Shown here piece by piece: positions 38,255 to 48,226 of a stretch of DNA of 64,000 nucleotides. The first letter of the stretch is position 1. Every line of letters begins with the position of its first letter. The position numbers and the translations under genes were made by a program. The DNA comes from an uncultured Pelagibacteraceae bacterium. GTDB taxonomy: Bacteria; Pseudomonadota; Alphaproteobacteria; Pelagibacterales; Pelagibacteraceae. The DNA is taken from positions 25,889 through 89,888 of the forward strand of contig CACMTO010000004.1 in the NCBI GenBank assembly GCA_902616645.1, read 5' to 3'. The notes under the pieces were generated by a model, which was not told the origin of the DNA, did no database searches, and worked only from the letters and a program-made list of their open reading frames with translations.

Positions 38255-38998
38255 ATGATAAATAATTTTTCTTTAATAAATATCTACGAAAAACCAAAGT
38301 TATATTCAAAACTTTCATCACAAATGATATACGGTGAAAAATTTAAAATAATTCAAAAAAAGGGCAAATGGTTAAAAATTAAAACTGGTTATGATAATTA
38401 TACTGGTTATATACGAAACAAAAAATTTTTAAAGGAGCTAAATCCCATATTCAAAATTTGTTCAATCAAAGCCAAAATTTTTGTTTTCAAAAAAAATAAA
38501 CCAATTGGTACAAAAAAATTTTTATATTTTGCGAGCACAATCACAAAAAAAAATGAAAAAAAAAAATTTATAGAGTTTGAAAAAAATAAGTGGATAAAAA
38601 AAAAAGACATAAAAAAAATAAATTATTTTGAAAAAAATTATAATAAAATTTTTAGATTATTTTTGAAATCAAAATATCTTTGGGGCGGAAAAACTTCAGA
38701 CGGTATTGATTGTTCCTCACTTGTTCAAATTTATTTTTTATATAATAGAATTTTTTTTCCTCGTGATACAAGAGATCAAATTAAATTTTGCAAAGGGAGA
38801 AAAAAGAAAATTTTTTCAAAAGGGGACATAATATTTTGGAAAGGACATGTTGGAATATGCCTGAACAGGTTTAATTTCATACATGCATATGGACCTAAAA
38901 AAAGAGTTGTAATTATGCCTACTAATCAAACAATTCATCATATTAAAAAAACCGCAAAATTAATTATCAAGAAAATCAGTAATATTAATAATTACTAA
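38255..38998 (+). CDS. SH3 plus NlpC/P60 (C40) peptidase
   Basis: SQMIYGE..W....D.Y.GY; YLWGG, GIDCSS, PRD, WKGHVG, FIHA. Confidence 0.88.
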   Translation: MINNFSLINIYEKPKLYSKLSSQMIYGEKFKIIQKKGKWLKIKTGYDNYTGYIRNKKFLKELNPIFKICSIKAKIFVFKKNKPIGTKKFLYFASTITKKNEKKKFIEFEKNKWIKKKDIKKINYFEKNYNKIFRLFLKSKYLWGGKTSDGIDCSSLVQIYFLYNRIFFPRDTRDQIKFCKGRKKKIFSKGDIIFWKGHVGICLNRFNFIHAYGPKKRVVIMPTNQTIHHIKKTAKLIIKKISNINNY

Positions 38999-39891
38999 TC
39001 TCTTCCAAAATCTGGCTTATTTATATCTTGCTTAAGCTTAATAATCCTAGATCTTACTTTTTTAGTATGAGTTAGTTTTCTTAAAATAGATTTATTGTTT
39101 TCTGATGAAATATCATTTTTAAAAGATTTTAGATTTTTTATGAATAAATTAATTGCTTTGGATACATTAGTTTTATTATCAAAAAAAATATCTCTCCACA
39201 TTATCTCATTTGAAGCTGCAATCCGTGAGAAATCTCTTAAACCTCCTGCACTATATTTTAAAAGATCATATTTCTGTTTTTTTTCGAAGTCCTGTGCTGA
39301 TTTAACTAAATTGTAAGCAATCAAGTGTGGTAAATGACTGGTAATTGAAAAAATTTTATCATGTTTATTTGGGCTCATCTCTGTAGTTTTTGAGCCCATT
39401 TTTCTCCAAAAAGATTTTAAAAAATTTAAATGTGTTTTATTTGATCTTTTTCCGTTAATTAAAACACACCATTTATTCTCGAAAAGATTTTGTTTCCCGT
39501 TTTCAGGCCCACTTACTTCAGATCCAGCTATTGGATGGCTTGATGACCAATAAATTCCTTTTTTTAAATTTTTATTTATTATTTTAAGAGACTTAATTTT
39601 AGATGAGCCTATATCCGTTATTATGTGTTTTGAATGAAAATTATTATTCATTTTAAGAATAATCTTTTTATATTCACTCATAGGTGTACAAAAAATAATT
39701 AAATTTGATTTCGATACGACATCCTCGGGTTTTTTAACAAGTATTCCGGGTAATTTTAGTTTTTTTATTTTTGATATATTTTTTTTTGATTTCTCATAAA
39801 CAAAAATTTTATGTGCCAATCTTTTTTTATGAATTCTTCGCAATAAAGATGATCCTAATAAACCACAGCCTATAATTAATATATTTTTCAT
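38995..39891 (-). CDS. tyrA: Prephenate/arogenate (cyclohexadienyl) dehydrogenase
   Basis: IGCGLLGSS, TDIGSSK, HPIAGSE, HD....TSHLPH, AGGLRDFSRIAAS. Confidence 0.93.
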   Translation of the reverse strand: MKNILIIGCGLLGSSLLRRIHKKRLAHKIFVYEKSKKNISKIKKLKLPGILVKKPEDVVSKSNLIIFCTPMSEYKKIILKMNNNFHSKHIITDIGSSKIKSLKIINKNLKKGIYWSSSHPIAGSEVSGPENGKQNLFENKWCVLINGKRSNKTHLNFLKSFWRKMGSKTTEMSPNKHDKIFSITSHLPHLIAYNLVKSAQDFEKKQKYDLLKYSAGGLRDFSRIAASNEIMWRDIFFDNKTNVSKAINLFIKNLKSFKNDISSENNKSILRKLTHTKKVRSRIIKLKQDINKPDFGRD

Positions 39892-40973
39892 TAATTAAAG
39901 ATTCCTTTTACTGCATGAATAAACTTTTGACAATCAGCTCTTGATCCTACTGTTAATCTCAACATATTTTTTATCTTGTAACCGTGCTCTGTTGATCTTA
40001 AAATAATTCCTTGTCTTTTTAGTTTTTGATCGAATAGCTTAGCTTTTAATTTGCATTTAGAAAAATCTAAAAGTAAAAAATTTGCTGAGATTTTATTTGA
40101 ACTAATATCATATTTTTCTAAAAACTTTTTAATTTTTTTAGCATACGTTAAATTATGTCTAACTGAACGAGATATAAACTTTGCATCTTTAAGAGACTCT
40201 TGCGCTGCTAATTGGGCAACTTCATTAATGTTAAATGGTGGTTTTATCTGATTTAAAGCACTAATTATTTTTTTGTCTCCGTACCCCCAACCGATTCTTA
40301 GAGATGCAAGACCATATATTTTTGAAAATGTTCTTAAAATAAAAACATTTTTCTTATTCTTAAATAAATCTAAACCAGATTTATAATCTGGGTTTTTCAT
40401 GTATTCTGCGTAAGCATCATCAATAACTAAAAGGATATTATCTCTCAATTTTTTTCTTAATTCTACGAGCTCAAATTTACTAAGATATGTTCCTGTGGGA
40501 TTATTTGGATTAGCTAAGAAAACAATTTTTGTTTTTTTGTTTACTTTTTTTAATATTTCAGGAATCGAAACTTTGTAATTTTTTTCTTTAGAGAAAATTA
40601 CTTTTGCTCCAACTATTTTTGCATAAATTCTGTACATTAAAAAACTAAATTGGGGGACAATTACTTCATCTTTTGGATTAAGAAATAATTGACATATCAT
40701 TTGTATTACTTCATCAGAACCAGCTCCACATATAATTTTATCTTTATTGCATCTAAATTTTTTTGATATTTGATCTCTTAATTTTTTTGATTTACCGTCT
40801 GGATATCTTGTAAAATTCAATTTTTTATTCGATAGTATTTTTTTAGCTTTAGGACTTATTCCTAGAGCAGACTCATTTGCTGAAAGCTTGATAATTCTTT
40901 TGATTTTTTTAACAATAGATTTTCCTGGCTCATATGCCTCTATTTCTAATTTTTTAAATCTTACAGTTGTCAT
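39891..40973 (-). CDS. hisC: Histidinol-phosphate aminotransferase
   Basis: KLSANES, YPDG, GAGSDE, NPNNPTG, DDAY, RTFSKIYGLA.LRIG. Confidence 0.95.
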   Translation of the reverse strand: MTTVRFKKLEIEAYEPGKSIVKKIKRIIKLSANESALGISPKAKKILSNKKLNFTRYPDGKSKKLRDQISKKFRCNKDKIICGAGSDEVIQMICQLFLNPKDEVIVPQFSFLMYRIYAKIVGAKVIFSKEKNYKVSIPEILKKVNKKTKIVFLANPNNPTGTYLSKFELVELRKKLRDNILLVIDDAYAEYMKNPDYKSGLDLFKNKKNVFILRTFSKIYGLASLRIGWGYGDKKIISALNQIKPPFNINEVAQLAAQESLKDAKFISRSVRHNLTYAKKIKKFLEKYDISSNKISANFLLLDFSKCKLKAKLFDQKLKRQGIILRSTEHGYKIKNMLRLTVGSRADCQKFIHAVKGIFN

Positions 40974-41045
40974 TTTTTTAATTTAAAGCTCTTTATAAAT
41001 AAAATAAGAAATTTTCATATAGTATTAGTTAAAAATTTTTTAAAA

Positions 41046-41074
41046 TTGACATACTAAATGACATCTTGTACAAA
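41046..41074 (+). promoter_or_regulatory. Sigma70 promoter of metX-metW
   Basis: TTGACA (41046-41051), N17, TACAAA (41069-41074); the predicted start site near 41081 coincides with the aptamer 5' end. Confidence 0.6.
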
Positions 41075-41080
41075 ATTTAT

Positions 41081-41129
41081 GCGCTGATTTATCTGAATTG
41101 CGAGCGCTCTAAAAAAACCGCTAAAAAAG
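41081..41129 (+). ncRNA. SAM-II riboswitch aptamer
   Basis: GCGCT-GATTT-...-TTGC-G-AGCGC-...AAA...-GCTAAA matches the SAM-II pseudoknot pattern (P1 GCGCT/AGCGC, loop pairing with GCTAAA); upstream of metX. Confidence 0.9.
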
Positions 41130-41164
41130 TTTTTTTTCTCTCAATTCGTAAATTAGCTTAAACT

Positions 41165-42283
41165 ATGAATATTAAAGACAACATAAAAACAATTATAATT
41201 AAAAAACCACTAAAATTAGATTGTGGTCAGATTATCAAAAATTTTCCGTTAGCTTATGAAACCTACGGATCATTAAATGAAAAAAAAGACAATGCAATCT
41301 TAGTATGCCACGCATTGACTGGTGATCAATTCGTGACAGGATTAAATCCAATTACAAAAAAAGATGGTTGGTGGTCTTATGCTGTGGGTCCAAACAAATC
41401 TATAGATACAAATAAATATTTTATAATATGTGCAAATGTTATTGGTGGTTGTATGGGATCATTTGGTCCTGGTCATACTAATCCAGAGACAAAAAAAATT
41501 TATGGAACAGATTTTCCTGTAATTACTATCAATGACATTGTGAACGCCCAGGTAAACTTATTAGATTATTTTGGTATAAAAAAACTTTTTTCTGTTGTTG
41601 GTGGTTCAATGGGGGGCATGCAAGTATTACAATTTGTTAGTAATTTTCCTGAAAAAGCAAAAACAGCAGTTCCTATTGCATGCACCTCAAGTCACTCAGC
41701 TCAGAATATTGCATTCAATGAACTAGGAAGACAAGCAATTACAGCTGATCATAACTGGTCTGATGGTAAATATTTTTCGAACAATAGTGTTCCTGAGAAA
41801 GGTTTAGCAGTTGCTAGAATGGCAGCTCACATCACATATTTATCCAAAAAGGGACTTCAAGAAAAATTTGGCAGAAAATTACAAGAAAGGGATAATATTA
41901 AATTTGGTTTTGATGCTGATTTTCAAATAGAAAGTTATTTAAGATATCAAGGCTCAGTTTTTGTAGATAGATTTGATGCTAATAGTTATCTTTATATAAC
42001 AAGAGCAATGGATTACTTTGATTTAGTAAAACAATTTAATGGTAATTTATCCAATGCATTCAAAAATTCAAAAACAAAATTTTTTGTAATATCTTTTACT
42101 TCTGATTGGCTTTACCCTACCCAAGAAAATAAAGATATTGTTATAGCCTTAAATGCTATTGGAGCAGACGTTGGATTTGTAGAAATCGAGTCAGATAAAG
42201 GCCATGACTCCTTTTTGCTAAATGTCCCTGACTTTTTAAAAACTCTTAAAAATTTTTTAGATAAGTCATACCTTGAAAAATAA
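41165..42283 (+). CDS. metX: Homoserine O-acyltransferase (MetX family)
   Basis: AYETYG, CHALTG, NVIGGCMGS, GGSMGG, RFDANSY, SDWL, GHDSFL. Confidence 0.95.
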   Translation: MNIKDNIKTIIIKKPLKLDCGQIIKNFPLAYETYGSLNEKKDNAILVCHALTGDQFVTGLNPITKKDGWWSYAVGPNKSIDTNKYFIICANVIGGCMGSFGPGHTNPETKKIYGTDFPVITINDIVNAQVNLLDYFGIKKLFSVVGGSMGGMQVLQFVSNFPEKAKTAVPIACTSSHSAQNIAFNELGRQAITADHNWSDGKYFSNNSVPEKGLAVARMAAHITYLSKKGLQEKFGRKLQERDNIKFGFDADFQIESYLRYQGSVFVDRFDANSYLYITRAMDYFDLVKQFNGNLSNAFKNSKTKFFVISFTSDWLYPTQENKDIVIALNAIGADVGFVEIESDKGHDSFLLNVPDFLKTLKNFLDKSYLEK

Positions 42284-42285
42284 TT

Positions 42286-42894
42286 ATGAAACCAGAATAC
42301 CAAATAATCTCAAATATAATAACTGAAAATTCTAGAGTGTTAGATGTTGGATGTGATGATGGAAATTTAATGGAATTTCTTAAACAAAACAAAAAAGTGG
42401 ATATAAGAGGTATTGAGATATCCAAAAAAAAAGTTCAAATTTGTATATCTAAAGGATTAACAGTTATTGAAGGTAATGCAGAACTAGATCTAAAACAATT
42501 TCCAAATGAGTCTTTTGATTATGTTATCTTAGGTCAAACTTTACAAGCTTTTGTGAGTCCGGAAATAGTCATTAAAGAGCTTTTAAGAGTAGGAAAAAAA
42601 GCTATCGTCACTATCCCAAATTTTGGACACTGGAAGGTAAGGTTAAATTTATTATTTAAAGGTACTATGCCGGTAACAAAAACATTACCTAATGATTGGT
42701 ATAATACACCAAATATTCATATGTGTACCATTAAGGATTTTTTTAAATTTTCTGAAATAATGAATTTTAAAATCTTTAATTCTTTAGCACTTGCAAATAA
42801 AAATGTGTCAAAAATTAATAACTCTAATTTATTTATTAAAAACTTATTTTCTGAACTTGGAATATTTTTAATTGAAAAACATAATGAAAATTGA
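42286..42894 (+). CDS. metW: Methionine biosynthesis protein MetW
   Basis: VLDVGCDDG, FDYVIL.QTLQ, PNFGHW..R, WYNTPNIHMCT. Confidence 0.93.
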   Translation: MKPEYQIISNIITENSRVLDVGCDDGNLMEFLKQNKKVDIRGIEISKKKVQICISKGLTVIEGNAELDLKQFPNESFDYVILGQTLQAFVSPEIVIKELLRVGKKAIVTIPNFGHWKVRLNLLFKGTMPVTKTLPNDWYNTPNIHMCTIKDFFKFSEIMNFKIFNSLALANKNVSKINNSNLFIKNLFSELGIFLIEKHNEN

Positions 42895-43603
42895 AATTAT
42901 TAAGTGTCTTCAGGACAACTACAGTTATTTGATAATTGATAATAAAAATAAATATGCTTGTGTAGTTGATCCAGGAGAATCTTACCCTATAATTAATTTT
43001 ATTGAGAATAAAGGTATTAAATTGAGGTATATTCTTAATACCCATCATCATTACGATCATATTGGAGGAAACTTAGAATTAAAAAATAAATATGGATCTA
43101 AAATAGTTGCTTTTGAGGATGACAAAGACCGTATTCCAGGAGTTGATATTCTAGTCAAAGACAATCAAGTTTGGAAAGTAGATGATTTTGAAGCAAAAAT
43201 TTACCATACCCCTGGGCACACAAGCGGTCATATCGCATTTCATTTTTTTAATGAAAAAAAAATTTTTACAGGAGATACACTCTTTTCTTTGGGGTGTGGA
43301 AGAATTTTTGAAGGAACTTTTGAACAAATGTTTAACTCTTTGAATAAAATTAAAAAACTTCCCAAAGAAACTGAAATATATTGTGGACACGAATATACTT
43401 TACAAAATTCGAATTTTTGTATTCAAAACGACCCAAAAAATATTAAACTTAAAGATAAGATAACAAAAATTAAAAAAAAACTGGATAATGGTTTACCAAC
43501 GATCCCAACAATTTTAAATGAAGAGATAGAATGTAATATATTTCTCAAAGCTAAAAACATAGAAACATTTACAAAACTGAGAAATTTAAAGGATAATTCT
43601 TAA
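42884..43603 (+). CDS. gloB: Hydroxyacylglutathione hydrolase (glyoxalase II)
   Basis: DNYSYL, THHHYDHIGG, TPGHT, GDTLF..GCGR, CGHEYT; ATG at 42884 preferred. Confidence 0.94.
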   Translation: MKIEIIKCLQDNYSYLIIDNKNKYACVVDPGESYPIINFIENKGIKLRYILNTHHHYDHIGGNLELKNKYGSKIVAFEDDKDRIPGVDILVKDNQVWKVDDFEAKIYHTPGHTSGHIAFHFFNEKKIFTGDTLFSLGCGRIFEGTFEQMFNSLNKIKKLPKETEIYCGHEYTLQNSNFCIQNDPKNIKLKDKITKIKKKLDNGLPTIPTILNEEIECNIFLKAKNIETFTKLRNLKDNS

Positions 43604-43613
43604 TTTATAGAGC

Positions 43614-43641
43614 TTGACTAAAATTTAGCTAAGACTATATT
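43614..43641 (+). promoter_or_regulatory. Putative sigma70 promoter of rplU-rpmA-obgE
   Basis: TTGACT (43614-43619), N16, TATATT (43636-43641). Confidence 0.5.
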
Positions 43642-43666
43642 GCCATAATTAAAATTACACTACATT

Positions 43667-44065
43667 ATGTCATACGCAGTAATACAAACAGGTGGAAAAC
43701 AGTATAAGGTAAAATCTGGAGAAATTTTAAAGGTTGAAAAATTACCAGATTTTAAGCCTGACTCAAAAATAGAATTTAAAGATATTTTAGCTTATGGAGA
43801 TGATAAAATCATAGAAATTGGGACCCCGCTTGTTCAAGGTTCAAAGGTAGAGGCAAATTTAATAAAAAATAGTAAAAACAGAACAGTTTTAATCTTTAAA
43901 AAAAGAAGAAGACAAAATTCAAGAAGAAAAAATGGACACAGGCAAGAATATTCATTAATAAAGATAAATAAAATTTTTTCTAAAGACGGGAAAGTACTAT
44001 CTGAGGCTGAAAAAATTTCTAAGCCTTCAAAAAAAGAGGTACCTAAGAAACAAGTTAGTAAGTAG
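43667..44065 (+). CDS. rplU: 50S ribosomal protein L21
   Basis: [28 protein letters not shown]. Confidence 0.97.
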   Translation: MSYAVIQTGGKQYKVKSGEILKVEKLPDFKPDSKIEFKDILAYGDDKIIEIGTPLVQGSKVEANLIKNSKNRTVLIFKKRRRQNSRRKNGHRQEYSLIKINKIFSKDGKVLSEAEKISKPSKKEVPKKQVSK

Positions 44066-44073
44066 GAAAATTT

Positions 44074-44328
44074 ATGGCAACAAAAAAAGCAGGTGGATCT
44101 TCTAGAAATGGACGAGATAGTGCAGGCCGAAGATTGGGTGTTAAAAAGTATGGTGGTGAAACTGTCATTCCTGGAAATATAATTGTAAGACAAAGAGGTA
44201 CTAAAATATTTCCCGGAGAAAATGTTGGGATGGGTAAAGATCACTCAATTTTTTCAGTGGTAAAAGGTAAAGTAGTTTTTAAAAAGACCAAATCAGATAG
44301 AACTTTTGTTTCAGTAAAGCCCAATTAA
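44074..44328 (+). CDS. rpmA: 50S ribosomal protein L27
   Basis: [31 protein letters not shown]. Confidence 0.98.
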   Translation: MATKKAGGSSRNGRDSAGRRLGVKKYGGETVIPGNIIVRQRGTKIFPGENVGMGKDHSIFSVVKGKVVFKKTKSDRTFVSVKPN

Positions 44329-44356
44329 CAGTACAACTAATAATTAGCGTTGTATT

Positions 44357-45340
44357 ATGAAATTCTTAGATCAAGTAAAAATTTATGTTAAAGCAGGAAA
44401 TGGTGGAGACGGATCTCCGAGTTTCAGAAGAGAGAAATTTATCGAGTATGGAGGACCAGATGGTGGAGATGGTGGCACAGGAGGATCTGTCATATTAAAG
44501 TCTGTACAAAATCTTAATACTTTAATCGATTATAGATATCAACAACATCACAAAGCACAAAGAGGTGATAACGGTTCTGGAAAAAATCGCACTGGTAAAA
44601 ACGGAGATGATTTGACATTAAAAGTTCCTTTAGGCACACAAGTATTTGAAGAGGACAACAAAACATTAATTTATGACTTTATAAAAATTGGAGATGAGTT
44701 TGTTGTTGCGAGCGGTGGTAAAGGTGGCCTTGGTAATACAAGATTCAAAAGCTCTACAAATCGGGCACCAAGAAAATTTACAAAAGGAGCATTAGGAGAA
44801 GAATTTATAATATGGCTTCAATTAAAAACAATAGCTGATATTGGAATAATTGGATTACCAAATGCTGGTAAGTCAAGTTTATTAGCAGCAATAACAAATG
44901 CAAATCCTAAAATTGCAAATTATCAATTTACAACTTTGAACCCTAATCTTGGAGTAGCGAATTATGATGATAAAGAGGTTACTATTGCCGATATTCCTGG
45001 ATTAGTAGAGGGGGCTCATAAAGGAACTGGTCTCGGAATACAATTCTTAAAACACATTGAAAGATGTAAGTCACTATTACACATGATAGATATTACTAAT
45101 AAAGATTTAAAAAAAAGTTACCAACAAATAAAAAATGAATTAAAAAGTTATAGCTCTAAAATAGAAAAAAAAAAGGAATTGGTAATTTTAAATAAGACTG
45201 ATCTAGTTGAAAATAATGATATTAAAAAAATAATCAAAGATTTCTCAAAATACACAAAATCTGAAGTAATAACTCTGACGACACTTGAAAAAAAATCTAT
45301 TTCTAAAGTAAAAGCTAAATTGATATCGTATGCATCTTAA
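44357..45340 (+). CDS. obgE: GTPase ObgE/CgtA
   Basis: Gly-rich Obg domain, GLPNAGKS, FTT, DIPG, NKTD. Confidence 0.97.
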   Translation: MKFLDQVKIYVKAGNGGDGSPSFRREKFIEYGGPDGGDGGTGGSVILKSVQNLNTLIDYRYQQHHKAQRGDNGSGKNRTGKNGDDLTLKVPLGTQVFEEDNKTLIYDFIKIGDEFVVASGGKGGLGNTRFKSSTNRAPRKFTKGALGEEFIIWLQLKTIADIGIIGLPNAGKSSLLAAITNANPKIANYQFTTLNPNLGVANYDDKEVTIADIPGLVEGAHKGTGLGIQFLKHIERCKSLLHMIDITNKDLKKSYQQIKNELKSYSSKIEKKKELVILNKTDLVENNDIKKIIKDFSKYTKSEVITLTTLEKKSISKVKAKLISYAS

Positions 45341-46436
45341 AAATTCTAAAATTATTGTAATAAAAATTGGTTCATCTTTGTTAGTAGATGAAAATAAAAA
45401 AATCAGAAAAAAATGGTTATCAAGTTTTGCAAAAGACTTGAAAAAACTCAATTCAAAGAAAAAGAAAATCATTATTGTTAGTTCTGGTGCTATAGCACTT
45501 GGTTGTAAAAAAATGAACTATAACAAAACAAATCTTAGGTTAGATGAAAGCCAAGCTATTGCATCAGTTGGTCAAATAGAATTAATGAATCTTTTTTCAC
45601 AAACATTTTCAAAATTTAAATTAAATATTTCACAAGTCTTACTTACTTTAGAGGACACTGAGGAGAGAAGAAGATCAATAAACGCAAAAAGAACTTTCGA
45701 AAATTTATTTAGGCTAAATTATATTCCTGTTGTAAATGAAAATGATACCATAGCTACTTCAGAAATAAAATATGGTGATAACGATAGATTGGCTTCAAGA
45801 GTAGCACAAATAACTAATGCTGATACACTAATATTGTTATCTGATGTGGACGGGCTTTTTACGAAAAATCCTAAAATTTTCGAAGATGCTAAACTTATTA
45901 AAAGAGTTAATAATTTAAACAAAGATATTCAAAATATTAATATTAAAGGTATGACAAAGCTCGGGAGTGGTGGAATGAATACAAAAATAGAAGCAGCTAA
46001 AATATGCAGCCTAGCAGGATGTGATATGATTATTGCTAACGGGCTGTACCATAACCCTATTAATCAAATAGAAAAAAATAATAACTGCACTTTTTTTAAA
46101 TCTAAAATATCTAAATTACACGCAAGAAAGAAATGGATCATTAGCTCTATTTCACCTAAAGGAGAATTAATAATAGATGAAGGAGCAAAAAGAGCACTGC
46201 TAAGTGGAAAAAGTTTATTAGCTGCGGGTATAAAAAAAGTTTACGGAAAATTTAGTAAAGGTGCCCATATAAAAATTTTAGATTTTAAAAAAAAAGAATT
46301 TGCTAGGGGCCTAAGCTCTTTCTCATCTGAAGAAATCAACAAAATAATGGGATGTCATTCTAATGAAATTCAAAAGATTCTTGGCTATATTTCAAAATCA
46401 GAGGTAGTTCATAAAGATGATATGGTAGAAATTTAA
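45330..46436 (+). CDS. proB: Glutamate 5-kinase
   Basis: VIKIGSS, VSSGA, NENDT, GDND.L, GSGGM.TK, PUA domain. Confidence 0.96.
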   Translation: MHLKNSKIIVIKIGSSLLVDENKKIRKKWLSSFAKDLKKLNSKKKKIIIVSSGAIALGCKKMNYNKTNLRLDESQAIASVGQIELMNLFSQTFSKFKLNISQVLLTLEDTEERRRSINAKRTFENLFRLNYIPVVNENDTIATSEIKYGDNDRLASRVAQITNADTLILLSDVDGLFTKNPKIFEDAKLIKRVNNLNKDIQNINIKGMTKLGSGGMNTKIEAAKICSLAGCDMIIANGLYHNPINQIEKNNNCTFFKSKISKLHARKKWIISSISPKGELIIDEGAKRALLSGKSLLAAGIKKVYGKFSKGAHIKILDFKKKEFARGLSSFSSEEINKIMGCHSNEIQKILGYISKSEVVHKDDMVEI

Positions 46437-47686
46437 TGAATAATTTATTAAAAAAGATTGGGAAGAAATCAAAAAAAGCATTTTCAATTAAATTGAATAC
46501 TAAAAAAAAAGATAAAGTTTTAAAAGATTATCTTTCCTTAATAATCAAAAGTAAAAAATTAATTTTAAATGAAAATCTTAAAGATATTAAAAATGCTAAA
46601 ATGAAAAAATTAAAAGATAATTTAATTAAAAGATTAATTTTAGATGAAAAAAAAATTTTAGAAATTGTTAGTACAATTAAAGATATCATAAAATTAAAAG
46701 ATCCAACAAATATAGTTCTAGAGAAATGGAAACAGCCAAATGGTTTAAAAATCTCAAAAGTATCAATCCCAATTGGAGTAATTGGTGTAATTTATGAAAG
46801 TAGACCTAATGTTACATCAGATGTAGCCTCTCTGTGTTTTAAATCAGGTAATTCAGTAATTTTGAAAGGAGGAACTGAGGCTTTTTATTCAAATCGTATA
46901 CTTTCAAAATTATTTAGGGAATCTCTTAAAAAAAACAAAATTGATGAAAATTATGTGCAATTTATAGATATTAAAAAAAGAAAAGTAGTTGATTTTCTTT
47001 TAACTAAAATGAGCAATTTTATTGATATAATTATTCCAAGAGGGGGGAAAAATTTAGTGAAGAAAGTAAATAAACTTTCCTCGATTCCAACTATTGGACA
47101 TTTAGAAGGTGTATGTCATACATATGTAGATAAACATGCAAATCTTAAGATTGCAGAAAAGGTTATTTATAATGCTAAAATGAGAAATACAGCTATATGT
47201 GGCGCAACAGAAACGATTTTGTTACATGAAAAGATAGTCAAAAAATTTGTTAATCCAATTTTAAAAAATCTAGAAAATAATGGCTGTAAGATTATTGGAG
47301 ATAATAATATTATTAAATCATATAATGGCAATGTTAAGAAAGCCTCTAAAAGAGATTGGCCTAAAGAATATTTATCATCAGTTGTGTCAGTAAAAACCGT
47401 GAAAAATTTAGATGAAGCAATTAATCATGTTAATAAATATGGAACAATGCATACTGATTGTATAATTACTCAAAATAAGATATCTGCAAAAAAATTTTTA
47501 TATGAGGTAAAAAGTTCAATCGCTATGCATAACACTTCAACACAATTTGCAGATGGAGGTGAATTTGGTTTTGGAGGAGAGGTTGGGATTTCAACTAGCG
47601 TCTTACCACCACGTGGACCAGTAGGGTTAAATCAATTAGTTTCTTATAAGTATCAAATAACTAGTAAAGGGAGAGTAAGGAAATAA
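46436..47686 (+). CDS. proA: Gamma-glutamyl phosphate reductase
   Basis: IYESRPNVT, IIPRGG, catalytic ICGATE, FADGGEFG.G.EVGIST, RGPVGL. Confidence 0.96.
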   Translation: MNNLLKKIGKKSKKAFSIKLNTKKKDKVLKDYLSLIIKSKKLILNENLKDIKNAKMKKLKDNLIKRLILDEKKILEIVSTIKDIIKLKDPTNIVLEKWKQPNGLKISKVSIPIGVIGVIYESRPNVTSDVASLCFKSGNSVILKGGTEAFYSNRILSKLFRESLKKNKIDENYVQFIDIKKRKVVDFLLTKMSNFIDIIIPRGGKNLVKKVNKLSSIPTIGHLEGVCHTYVDKHANLKIAEKVIYNAKMRNTAICGATETILLHEKIVKKFVNPILKNLENNGCKIIGDNNIIKSYNGNVKKASKRDWPKEYLSSVVSVKTVKNLDEAINHVNKYGTMHTDCIITQNKISAKKFLYEVKSSIAMHNTSTQFADGGEFGFGGEVGISTSVLPPRGPVGLNQLVSYKYQITSKGRVRK

Positions 47687-47687
47687 T

Positions 47688-48209
47688 TTGAATTTAAAAA
47701 AGAATAAAATTGGAGTTCTTGGTGGAACTTTCGACCCAGCACACAAAGGTCATATAGCGATTTCAAAAGATGCTATGAAAAGATTTAAGTTAAAAAATAT
47801 AACATGGGCTATTACAAAAAAAAACCCTTTTAAAAAAAAAAGCAAAAATAATCTTTTAGATAGAATAAAATACTGCAAAAAAATCATTGGCAGAAATAAT
47901 TTTATAAAAGTTAAATTTTACGAAAAAATAATTAGATCAAATAGAACCTACAATTTAATTAACTACCTATATAAAGGCAAAAAAAATGAAATTTATTTAT
48001 TAATTGGTGCAGATAACCTAATTAATTTTCATAAATGGTATAGATCCAATGAAATCCCAAAAAAATGCAAAATTATAGTCTTTGATAGGCAGGGATATAA
48101 AAAAAAATCATTGAATTCAATAACATTTAAAAAACTCAATAAAAAACATTTAAGCTTTATAAAATTCGATAAAGTTAATATTTCTTCTTCTCAATTAAGA
48201 AAAATTTGA
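47688..48209 (+). CDS. nadD: Nicotinate-nucleotide adenylyltransferase (TTG start)
   Basis: GGTFDPAHKGH, IGADN...FHKW, ISSSQLR. Confidence 0.92.
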   Translation: MNLKKNKIGVLGGTFDPAHKGHIAISKDAMKRFKLKNITWAITKKNPFKKKSKNNLLDRIKYCKKIIGRNNFIKVKFYEKIIRSNRTYNLINYLYKGKKNEIYLLIGADNLINFHKWYRSNEIPKKCKIIVFDRQGYKKKSLNSITFKKLNKKHLSFIKFDKVNISSSQLRKI

Positions 48210-48226
48210 TAATCTCAAAATAATTA

